A stretch of 64,000 nt of DNA from Squalus acanthias. Lineage: Eukaryota. Shown here in pieces: positions 1 through 10,084 of the stretch (position 1 is the first letter of the stretch; each line of letters opens with the position of its first letter). The translations under genes and the position numbers were made by a program. Below the pieces are notes generated by a model, which was not told where the DNA came from, ran no database searches, and saw only the letters and a list, made by a program, of their open reading frames with translations. The stretch is from positions 63,798,001-63,862,000 of the forward strand of contig CM059441.1 in the NCBI GenBank assembly GCA_030390025.1. The letters are read 5' to 3'.

Positions 1-862
1 GCAGGACGATATAGATGGGTTGGTCAGATGGGCAGAACAGTGGCAAATGGAATTTAACCCTGAAAAGTGTGGGGTGATGCATTTTGGGAGGGCTAACAAG
101 GCAAGGGAATAAACAATGAATGGTAGGACCCTAGGAAGGACAGTGGATCAGAGGGACCTTGGTGTGCATGTACATAGATCCCTGAAGGCAGCAGGACAGG
201 TAGATAAGGTGGTTAAAAAGGCATATGGGATACTTGCTTTCATTAGCCGAGGCATAGAATATAAGAGCAGGGAGGTTATGATGGAGCTGTACAAAACGCT
301 AGTTAGGCCACAGCTGGAATACTGTGTGCAGTTCTGGTCGCCACACGAGAGGAAGGATGTAATTGCATTGGAGAGGGTGCAGAGGAGATTCACCAGGATG
401 TTATCTGGGCTGGAGCGCTTCAGCTATGAAGAGAGACTGGACAGGCTGGGGTTGTTTTCCTTAGAGTTGAGAAGGCTGAGGGGGGACCTGATTGAGGTGC
501 ACAAAATTATGAGGGCCATAGATAGGGTAGATAGAAAGGAATTTTCCCCTTAGTGGAGAGGTCAATAACCAGGGAGCATAGTTTCAAGGTAAGGGGCAGG
601 AGGTTTAGAGGGGATTTGCGGAAAAACATTTTCACCCAGAGGGTGGTTGGAATCTGGAACTCACTGCCTGAAAGGGTGGTAGAGGCAGGAAACCTCACAA
701 CATTCAAGAAGCATTTAGATGAGCACTTGTAACGCCATAGCATACAAGGCTATGGACCAAGTGCTGGAAAATGGGATTAGAATAGACAGGGCTTGATGGC
801 TGGCGCGGACACGATGGGCCGAAGGGCCTCTTTCGGTGCTGTATAACTCTATGACTATGACT
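1..862 (+). mobile_element. CR1-type LINE 3' portion (RT C-terminus and 3' UTR), degenerate
   Basis: ORF 116..553 has LYKTLVRPQLEYCVQFWSP...LERVQRRFTRM...RRLRGDLIEV; ends in a ctatga-type tail. Confidence 0.92.
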
Positions 863-1130
863 CTCATTATCTTGAAAACCTCTATTAGGTCACCTCTTAA
901 CCTTCTCTGTTCCAAGGAGAACAGTCCTAACTTTTCCAACCTCTCCACATAACTGAAGTCCCTCATCCCATGTAACATCCTGGTAAACCTCCTTTGTACC
1001 ATTTCTAAGGCCTTTACATCTTTCCTGATGTGTGGGGCCCAGAATTGTCCACAATACTCCAGCTGAGGCCGAACCTGTGATTTATAAAGTTCGAGCATGA
1101 CCTCCTTGCTTTTGTACTCTGTGCCTCCTC
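863..1130 (-). mobile_element. CR1-type LINE fragment
   Basis: ORF 715..1146 has VRPQLEYCGQFWAP...RRLRGDLIEVFKIM. Confidence 0.88.
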
Positions 1131-1314
1131 GATCTCTGAAGCCCAAGGAGCTTTATATGCTTATCTCATCTTCTGGTCAATCTTGAACCTCGGGCTTCTC
1201 AAAAAGGGAAGGACTGTTCCTGACACAGTTGCTGAGGGCAATGTTTTGCAAACGGTTTTGCATTCCCCGCGTTGACATCCCACAACCTGTTCCAGCAAAG
1301 TGACCGAACTAAAA

Positions 1315-1720
1315 AGAAGTCTTACATTTCTATAGCACCTTTCACAACCTCAGTATGTCCCAAAGTGCGTTACAGCCAATTAAGTAGTTTTGAAGTGTAG
1401 TTACTGTTGTAATGTAGGCAACGCAGTAGCCCATTTGCACAGAGCAAGCTCCCACAAACACCAATGTGACAATGACTGGATCATTTTTTTTTAGTGATAT
1501 TGGTTGAGGGACAAATATTGGCCCAGGACACGAGGGAGAACTTCCCTGCTCTTCTTCCAATCAACCTGAGAGGGCAGACGATGCCTCAGTTTAACATCTC
1601 ATCTGAAAGAGTGTCAGCCTGGATTTTGAGCTCAAGTCTCCTCGAGTGGGACTTGAACCCACGACCTCACAGGCGAGAGAGCGAGAATGCTAAACCCATT
1701 GAGCTACGGTTGACACTGAC
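1315..1720 (-). mobile_element. tRNA-headed Deu-domain SINE (SacSINE1-like)
   Basis: Reverse complement has B-box gggttcaagtccc, the gatgagatgttaaactgagg...ccctctcagg core and an L2-like tail; the same family recurs across the window. Confidence 0.75.
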
Positions 1721-1750
1721 AAACTAAGTGTCAAAGGAACTGAGACTTAC

Positions 1751-2107
1751 GGATAACCTGTAGCTGGACGGGTTCTGTGAAAGTATGATCCTTGAAGCCC
1801 TCCAAATCCACATAGAAGTAATACATGCCACTGTCATCGGGTCTGAGATTATTGATCCTCAGGGAGCAATTCTTCTGCTTCAGGTCTCCAACTATTTTGG
1901 CTCGTCCCACGAATTTGTCCATCGCATATTTGGGATCTTTGGTGTAGTAGACTGTATACTTCCAGTAATACCAGTAGTTAAACCAGGCTCCATGCAGGGC
2001 TGTGTAACGGTGTGAAGGAAAGTCGAAAGTACAGGGTATAACCACACAAGATCTGCTCACGGCCCTCCTCGGCAGAGCTCGGATGGACCATTCCTCCGAC
2101 AACACGC
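1751..2107 (-). CDS. Siglec/MAG/CD22-like receptor gene A, V-set Ig exon (phase 1-1, 357 nt, open)
   Basis: Acceptor ttccttttcag, donor gtaagt. GVLSEEW...SCVVIPCTFDFP...GAW...GRAKIVGDLKQKNCSLRINNLRPDDSGMYYFYV. C-x4-C, E-strand CSL and no F-strand Cys match the Siglec V-set pattern. Confidence 0.9.
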
Positions 2108-2184
2108 CTGAAAAGGAACAAGGTGGGGGGGAAGAAGTGAATGAAACAGGGCACAACAAACAACATCAGATCTGCTTCTCCTTC

Positions 2185-2950
2185 TAACTGGCAACTGCCT
2201 GAGGCTGAACCAAACCTTGGTGTCGTATTTGACCCTGAGATGAGCTTCCGACCACATATCCCCTCCATCACCAAGACTGCCTACTTCCACCTCTGTAACA
2301 TCGCCCGTCTCCACCCCTGACTCAGCTCATCTGCTGCTGAAACCATCATCCATGCCTTTGTTATCTCTAGATTCAACTCCTCCAAAGCTCTCCTGGCCGG
2401 CCTCCCATCTTCCACCCTCCGTAAACTTAAGGTCATCCAAAATTCTGCTGCCAGTATAATAACTCGCCCCAAATCCCATTCAACTCTGTGCTCGCTGGCC
2501 TACATTGGCTCCCAGTTGATCAACGCCTCGATTTTAGAATTCTCATCCTTGTTTTCAAATCCCTCCATGGTCTCACCCCCTCCCTAGCTCTGTCACCTCC
2601 TCCTGCCCGACAACCGCCTCCCCCCGAGATCTCTGTGCTTCTCCAATTCTGGCCTCTTGCGCATACCCCAATTTCCATCACTCCACCATTGGCGGCCATG
2701 CTTTCATCTGCCTTGGCACTAAACTCTTGAATTTGCTCTCTAAACCTCTCCGCCTCTCTACCTCCTCCTCCTCCTTTAAGGCGCTTCTTAAAACCTATCT
2801 CTTTGAGCAAGCTTTTTCGTCACCTATCCTAATATCTCCTTATGTGGCTCGGCATCAATTGTTGTTTGATAACGCTCCTGTGAAGCGCCTTGGGACGTTT
2901 TACTACATTGAAGGCACTTCATGAATACAAGGTTTTGTTGTTGTTGTTGT
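2185..2950 (+). mobile_element. L2-clade LINE 3' fragment
   Basis: [13 protein letters not shown]...ETIIHAFVISR...LHWLPV motifs; (gtt)n tail. Confidence 0.85.
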
Positions 2951-3087
2951 TGAAAGAGAGTTCTCTGATGCTTTGCTCTACCTGATCATTTGCGAATCGG
3001 CTGCCTCTTTTAGACACCCACTGCCCAAGATCAATTTCACAGCCCCCAAAGTCTCTTCATAATTCACTGGCTGCATCCTCCGCTGCA

Positions 3088-3606
3088 TTATTGTGGCCAA
3101 TTCTGAGCGCCACACTTTAGGAAGGATGTAAGGCTTTGGAGAGGGTACAGAGTAGATTTACTAGAATGGTACCAGGGATGAGGGACTTCAGTCAAGTGGA
3201 GAGGCTGGAGAAGCTGGTGTTGTTCTCCTTAGAGCAGAGAAGCTTAAGGGGAGATTTGATAGAGATGTTTAAAATTATGAGTGATTTTGATAGAGTAAAT
3301 TAGGAGAAACTGTTTCCACGAGGGTCGGTAACCAGAGGACACAGATTTAAGGTAATTGCCAAAAGAACCAGTGCAGAGATGAGGAAACATTTTTGGCGCA
3401 GCGAGTTGTTATGATCTGGAATGGGCAGTGGAAGCAGATTCAATAGTAACTTTCCAAAAGGGAAGAGGATAAATACTTGAAGGAGAAGTATTCGCAGGGC
3501 TATGGGGAAAGAGCAGGGGAGAGTGGGACTAAATGGATAGATCTTTCAAATAGCCGCCACAGGCATGATGGGCTGAATAGCCTCCTTCTGTGCTGTAAGA
3601 TTCTAT
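3088..3606 (+). mobile_element. CR1-type LINE 3' fragment
   Basis: Degenerate RT C-terminus and 3' UTR ending gattctat. Confidence 0.85.
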
Positions 3607-4465
3607 GGCCTAGAAATTGGACATTGACTAAACCCTGCGCAACCTCGGGTTTACGGCCGCTGAAAATGGCTGCAGTGATACCGGGCAAAAATTCACGTTG
3701 GGAGCTAAAGAATGGCCCAAAAATTCGGCCGTTCTTGGCTGAGTACTCAGTGCATACTCACCCGTATTCATTCCCGAAGTGCCGGTTTCCTGCATGCACT
3801 ACGCATGCGCGGAAAACCGGCACTTCCGGTATGGTGAAGGGGCGGTTCCTAGGTGAACCGCGTGCGCGCTAGAGGCTGCGCGCACGCAGCACACTTAGAT
3901 TTTGTTTCAGGTTTCAACGCGAGGGTAAGTATGGAAGATTCTATGCTAGTAAAAAGGAGGCGTAAGACCCCTTTTGAACACGGTAAGTAGTTAATTAAGT
4001 ATAATTTTAAATATTTTTCAACAGGTTTATCTTTTTTAGATACTTTAAAGAAAGGTAAGTTTATTTTTATAACTTTTAAAAAGTATTTTAATTTTTTCAA
4101 AAATGTAAATTTTTGTTTAAAGTGATTAATTTATTTAACTATAGTTATTTTATAAATGTGATGGTTTTTAAAAAAAAATTATTTGAGGTTTAGCTGTTCT
4201 TTTGGGGCCGATTTCAATTCACAGATTTGACAGGTCTATGAATGAAAGATGGTCTGCTGCCATTGGCTCTCCATGGCCCACGTGATCCCAGGGGTCGCAT
4301 TGCACTAACTGCGCCCCTGGAACACGCAAGCACTGTGCGCCGGCTCTTGGGAGAGGCCCGGGACCCGAAGTTCCTGTGGGCCCAAAACACAATGGCAGGC
4401 GCGGTAGGTAAGCGCGCACATGATCCTTACCCCCGCGGCAAGCCGGCCACGTGAATTTCTAGGCC
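3607..4465. mobile_element. Non-autonomous TIR element (MITE, Harbinger-like)
   Basis: 12-bp terminal inverted repeats ggcctagaaatt / aatttctaggcc. Confidence 0.75.
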
Positions 4466-4799
4466 ATTATTAGCCCAGTGCTAACTTACAGTGTAAGCCA
4501 CTCCTGGTGGCGTCAGTGGAGGCATCCGACCCGAAGTTACCATCCAGGAGCCGCGTTGCAGCTTCTTACAGCCCCTGGGAGCGAGGCTGTGGAGTTCGCA
4601 ATGAATTGTGGGCAATTAAAAGGGCAATGAATTAAAGGGCAATGTGTTCAGAATTAATAAAAATTAAAATCGAGTGAATTTTTTTAAATTTTCAGCCCTT
4701 ACTGCCTTTCAAAAAAAAAATTAACCTTAAAAAAACTCCCAAATGGGAGTCTTCCGCATGTAAAGCTGAATTCCCTTCCAAACCTCAAAAAATGGGCAA

Positions 4800-7290
4800 A
4801 GTGCTACAGCACTAACACAAATGGCTCAGCAAGCCAGGGAAGGGGCACCCAAAGACCCACACGCAGCACTCCAGCTTTTCACAGGAGGTCAACACTGCAA
4901 GAGGGTTCCCCTACACAGGGGCCAGGAGGCCCTCCAGAAAGAAGGATGTGGGACCACATCACCGAGGCCGTCACTGCCAGCAGTGTCACCCCCCCACCAG
5001 CTGGCTCCAATGCCCAAAGAAGCGTCATGACCTCAGACCATTGGTCATAGTCAGTGAATGCATCTTCAAAAGCCGTCTCCTAACAACTGAATCACTAGCA
5101 TCACACAGTGCTCAATGAACAACTTCACCCCCCACCCAATCACTTACCTACCAACAATCTTTATCAATCACGAGGCACATGTCCCATTCCTAGCCTCACC
5201 TCACCCCCTTGGAGGAGACGGAGCAGGCCATTCTTGGCAGGGGCATGGCTGAGCCCTTGGCCAGGGGCATGGCTGAGCCCTTGACCAGGGGCATGGCTGA
5301 GCCCTTGGCCAGCGGCGGGGCAGAAAGGATAAAAGATGCTGGTATCCTCATATGTTATCCTCCTTCTGGCATGCACCTCTTGTTTTCCCACCCTCCCTCA
5401 CCACAACTCCACCCTTGTGCCTTCCTCATTTCACACACCCAAGAAATGCAGCCTGCCCAGCCAGTGGTTGACCAAGACGAGGAAGAGGAAAGTGAAGAAG
5501 AAGGAACACTGTCACTTGATTTGACACTCCCAGTCACCAGCTCCTCAAGGTCAACCAGCAAGGCCATTTGCAGTGTCCCCCACTGAAAGTCAGCAGCCAT
5601 GCTGCAGCCAATGGGGTAGCACTGTGTGACATCAGTAGGATGGGCAAAGGCACACACAAGACAATGATTAAGAGAATGCATAAGGGTGATGAGTTGATTT
5701 CTTGATGTCATATTGGATGGATAGATGTATAAAGTTGGGTTGAAAATGTTGCTTTGTGGTGGCTTTTACTTCAGCATTGTGGCCAAGAGGACGTTGTGAT
5801 GGTCAGTAACAGAGAGAAGGTAAGGTGCTGGGCTAATATTAAAAGGGGAATTGGGTTTGTGGTCACTGGTACCGCAAGCGGATGATTCCATCCCGGATAT
5901 CCCGGCCAGAAAGGGGCTGTCTGAGTTGCATTCTTCATTCTGCTTCCTCCTCTTCTGCTTCCAGCTTCTTCCTCTTCTGTGTCTTCCTCTTCTGTGTCTT
6001 CCTCTACTGTGTCTTCTTCTACTGTGTCTTCCTCTTCCCTCTGTAAACGGATGCTGTAAATCTGAAATGACAGCATAAAATGCTGGAAATACTCAACAGG
6101 TCAGGCAGCATCTCGACCTGAGCTTATTTCAAGGGGGATAGAGTATAAAGGTAGGGAAGTCTTGCTACAACTGTACAGGGTGCTGGTGAGACCACACCTA
6201 GAGTACTGCCTACCGTTTTGGTCCCCTTATTTAAGGAGGAATATACTTGCATTGGAGGCAGTTCAGAGAAGTTTCACTAGGTTGATTCCTGGGATGGAAG
6301 GGTTGTCTTATGAGGAAAGGTTGAGCAGGTTGGGCCTATACTCATTGGAGTTTAGAAGAATGAGAGGTGATCTTATTGAAACATAAGATTCTGAGGGGGT
6401 TGGACAGGGTAGATGCTGAGAGGATGTTTCCCCTCGTGGGGGGAATCTAGTACAAGGGGGCATGCTCTCAGAAAAAAGGGGTTGCCCATTTAAGACGGAG
6501 ATGAGGAGGAATTTCTTCTCTCAGAGGGTTGCGAATCTTTGGAGTTCTTTACCCAGAGAGCTGTTGAAGCTGAGTCATTGAATATATTCAAGGCTAAGAT
6601 CTACAGATTTTTGAGCAACAGGGTAGTCAAGGGTTTTGGGGAGCGGGCAGGAAAGTGGAGTTGAGGCCACAAAGCGGATCAGCCATGATCTCATTAAATG
6701 GCGGAGCAGACTCGAGGGGCCGAATGGCCTATTCCTGCTCCTATTTCTTATGTTCTTATGTGAACTCTGTTTTTCTCTCCATGGATGTTGCCTGACCTGT
6801 TGAGTATTTGCAGCATTTTCTGTCTTTTCAGAGGCCTTCCTTTACCATCCGAGGCCTCGCAAGTGTCCAGCAGCACTCCCTACACACTTAATTTTTTTTA
6901 ACATATATTGCAGCAAGCCACTACTTTAATAAAATCAAAAAAAAAAGTCCAGAAGCTTAAATCCCAACTTACCTGAAAGATGTGAGTGCCCCTTTAAGAG
7001 GTGCTGACAGTGCCTCCGTCAGTCTGCTTGCATGCTGGGTTTACATGGCGCATGCTTAGGACCCAGCGCTGAACTCGGCACTAGGGTCGAAGTTCTCCGC
7101 GGTGTCGTTAAGTCAGCGTGTCACCACAGTGCCATTTTTCTTTCCAGGGCGATACTACTTACCAGCAGTGCTACCAGGACCACGAAAATGGCGGATGCCG
7201 CGGGACCCGCCACCAGCTGGCGGAAGAGCGGCGCCCGCCGCTTTCTCCACATTAACGGGTGGCGATAAGATAGGGAATTTCTCCCCCTAT
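4800..7290. mobile_element. Degenerate PIF/Harbinger transposon remnant with nested insertions
   Basis: + strand MAQQAREGAP...QCPKKRHDL resembles the Harbinger Myb/SANT ORF; - strand acidic tract plus GRDIRDGIIRLRYQ* resembles the transposase C-terminus; TIR-like aatttctcccc near 7285. Confidence 0.55.
6045..6830. mobile_element. Penelope-like inverted termini (6045-6115, 6763-6830) interrupted by a CR1 3' fragment (6120-6760, +)
   Basis: atgctggaaatactcaacaggtcaggcagcatc and its reverse complement flank CR1 ORF 6162..6386 and its 3' UTR. Confidence 0.7.
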
Positions 7291-7349
7291 GATTCTATAT
7301 CTGGTCACTTTATGATTTAATACCAAATATGTTTCCCTACATTAAGTAG

Positions 7350-7665
7350 TTGCTCACATACACTCACTTATACACACTCATAGACACACTCACTCATACA
7401 CACTCACTCACACACTCATGTATACTCAAACAGTCACACACGCTAATATACACACTTACACATACACGCTCAGTCATAAGCACACTCATGCACATACACA
7501 TTCACACACAAGATGCACACAAATACTCACTCACACACATACACACTCATGTACATACACACACACACACTCGTGTACATACACACACACACACTCGTGT
7601 ACATACACACATACAAATACACACTTATACATGCACTCACACACACTCACATTCACACACTCATT
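7350..7665. repeat. Degenerate (CA)n-rich microsatellite
   Basis: Direct reading. Confidence 0.9.
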
Positions 7666-7796
7666 CTATGATTCTATATCTGCTCTCTCTACAATTGAAG
7701 GCCAAATCTGTTCCCTTTCATTAAGTGGTTGCTCTCTCAATCCAACGGCTATGATGAATCCAATTTCCTGAATTCAGCTCAAAAAGTAAAATGTAC

Positions 7797-7842
7797 CTGT
7801 TAGCAAGTGGAGAAGGATTGGCATCAATCTGAGGACCTCCAT
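7797..7842 (-). CDS. Gene A signal-peptide exon, coding part (MEVLRLMPILLHLLT-G); the exon starts at ~7856
   Basis: aagATGG start, 46 nt, phase-1 donor ag|gtacat that joins in frame to the V exon; upstream acceptor ttttacgtttag. Confidence 0.8.
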
Positions 7843-8086
7843 CTTCAATTCCTCTCCTAAACGTAAAAATAAAAATAAAAGTATTTTTTAACAAGTCTGA
7901 CCCAGCATTCCTTCCTCAACAACTTGCATCTAAATTGCAACTTTCAGGTAGAAAAACAGCCCAAGGTGTTTCACCAACGTCAAGCCAAGGAAGGAGAGAT
8001 TGGGAAGGGATGGCCAAAACCAACGGCAAAAAGAAAAAAATTAGTTGGTCTGTCATCTCCTTTGCTGGGTGTTGGATCTTGTTAGC

Positions 8087-8184
8087 CATGGCTCAGTGGG
8101 TTTATCACTCTCTCACTCCTGCCTCTGAGTCACAAGGTTGTGGGTTTGAGTCCCTGCTCCAGAGAATTTGAACACATATTCCAG
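8087..8184 (+). mobile_element. 5' (tRNA-derived) head of a SINE, split by the ERV
   Basis: gccatggctcagtgg A-box and ggtttgagtccc B-box; the SINE body resumes at ~14310. Confidence 0.7.
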
Positions 8185-8697
8185 TGAAGTGGGGAAAGAG
8201 TTAAAATTACATTGCTGGCAGTTACACTGAATGGTGTAAGAATGACAGGGGCGAACATGAAAGGCCACATCCATAAAGAGGCGGTCAAGATAGCTGACCT
8301 TTGAAGACTAAAAAAGCAATTAAGTGGAGACAGGGTTCTAGAATTTCAGCTACCCTTAAGAACTTTATTATCTGGGTCGCATTCCAAGTTATTTTTTGAA
8401 CAGCGTTCAGCAGTTTGAGTGAATGACTGAGGAGGCAGCTTACACATGTTTACCTTAGGACATGTAACCAATCCGTAAAGGTGCATGCGGGCCAAGATCC
8501 AATCAGGTTGCAGGAATAAATTGGTCATGAGCCGGCCATGCTTATTTTAATGTATAAAATGTTGTGTTTGCTGTAACAATTTGGAGAAGTCTGGCTAAAG
8601 ACAGAGCAGACTGTCTCCCCACCGGTGTAATAAAGACAACTTGACTATCGTTCTGAAAACCTTGTGTTGAGTGTTGGTTTAAAATACTCCACAAACA
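8185..8697 (+). mobile_element. ERV 5' LTR
   Basis: TG...CA ends, CCAAT (~8499), TATAAAA (~8553), AATAAA (~8629), followed directly by the PBS. Confidence 0.8.
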
Positions 8698-8698
8698 T

Positions 8699-8716
8699 TG
8701 GTGTCACGAACAGGAT
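8699..8716 (+). promoter_or_regulatory. Primer binding site, probably tRNA-Ser(CGA)
   Basis: TGGTGTCACGAACAGGAT matches 17/18 to the complement of the vertebrate tRNA-Ser(CGA) 3' end as recalled (TGGCGTCACGAACAGGAT); the mismatch is CpG>TpG. Confidence 0.75.
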
Positions 8717-8918
8717 TCCACATGGACGGGAGGCACGGGCGAATGAAGCTGAGACAAAAACGTGAATACTTTTATAATACCACGTACAGTTAGGGCAAGG
8801 CAACACCGTCTCGTGTCCACCGCCCCCTTTGGAATCAAAGAACTAAAAGGTTTGAATCGATAAGTCAAGTGGTCTCGGGGTTCGGGCGAAACGCATGGAA
8901 GAATAGGCGTGGTATGAG

Positions 8919-9260
8919 TTGCAAGTAGTGCGTTAACTTTGGTGGAAAGTATAAGCATACCTCTGACAACAAATAACCCGAACAAAATTGTTGCAAGTAG
9001 TGCAGAAAGTTTAAGCATACCTCTGAGAAGTCCATATCCGAACAAAATTGTTGCAAGTACAGTCTCACTCTGCGAGAGTAAGTAAGAGAGGTAGCTCTGA
9101 CAACTCCAGTTGCAAGTACGGTCTCACTCTGCGAGAGTAAGTAAGAGAGGTAGCTCTGACAACTCCAGTTGCAAGTACGGTCTCACTCTGCGAGAGTAAG
9201 TAAGAGAGGTACCTCTGACAACTCCAGTTGCAAGTACCGCCTCACTCTGCAAGAGTAAAG
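8919..9260 (+). repeat. Tandem repeats in the ERV leader (59-bp unit, ~3.5 copies, plus two related 60-72 bp units)
   Basis: ttgcaagta recurs at 8919, 8991, 9051, 9110, 9169, 9228. Confidence 0.9.
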
Positions 9261-9290
9261 TAAGGGATGTACCGCTGACCACAATTAACC

Positions 9291-9563
9291 ATGGGAAGTG
9301 AAAAACTCGAGTGGGGACAGGTGGGGTCTCTGACACGCTATTTAGCAGACAAAAATAAAAGATTAATTGACAAAATGGTTAAAAACGATTGGCAACCGAA
9401 TGACCCACCGGTAAAACAAAGAGAATGGTGGGCTAAAGAAACAAAATTAAAGGAAGAAAAGGCCATCATTTTAGTGGCTCGCGCATATTATGAGTCGAGT
9501 AGACGTACTCGAATTTGGACCAAAAACGGGTGCCAAAATTGTACCCGAGTACCAGTAATATAA
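9291..9563 (+). pseudogene. gag: ERV gag N-terminal remnant
   Basis: accATGG start, Met-Gly (myristoylation-type) N-terminus, located between the PBS/leader and pol. Confidence 0.55.
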
Positions 9564-10084
9564 GAAAGGGAATAAGGAAAAAATTAAAGTTTTATCGACA
9601 CAGATGCTATCAGTTTCCGTCCAAAACAAGTAAAACACAAGATTTGCTGAGTGAAAGGAATCTCAAAAGGAATGCTGGAATCTCAGTTTGTGTGAAAGTG
9701 TGTGTTAAAAGTGTGGAAGTTTTCTGTCTTTGAAAGAAGGCTGTGTTTGTTGTGGTTCCACCCACTCTTTTGTACAGAGAGCTAAAAGCTGTTTAACCCT
9801 TTGAAGACTTGTCTTGAATGATGGAAAAGCGTGTGCTGTTTTAAGTTTGTTAATTGTTTTACAAAAGATAAGCTTCAGCCTTGAAGTTACATTTGCCAAT
9901 GTGCTTGGAAGAAAATTAATTTGAATGTTTACAAGGCATGGGTGATTGTTTCTTTGTTAATGTGGCTTCTTTCTTTTCCAAGTGACATTGGTTAGTTTAA
10001 AAAAAATTGATCTGAATTAAATTGGAGTTTTGAGGTTAATTAACCTATTAAAACCAAACTTTTATTGTGGCCACGGTGAAATTC

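Noticed and set aside
7350-7771. His/Thr-rich ORFs (also at 15081, 33295, 56491)
   Set aside because: Translations of (CA)n microsatellites
8087-8184. tRNA gene
   Set aside because: Only degenerate A/B boxes of a SINE head; no cloverleaf
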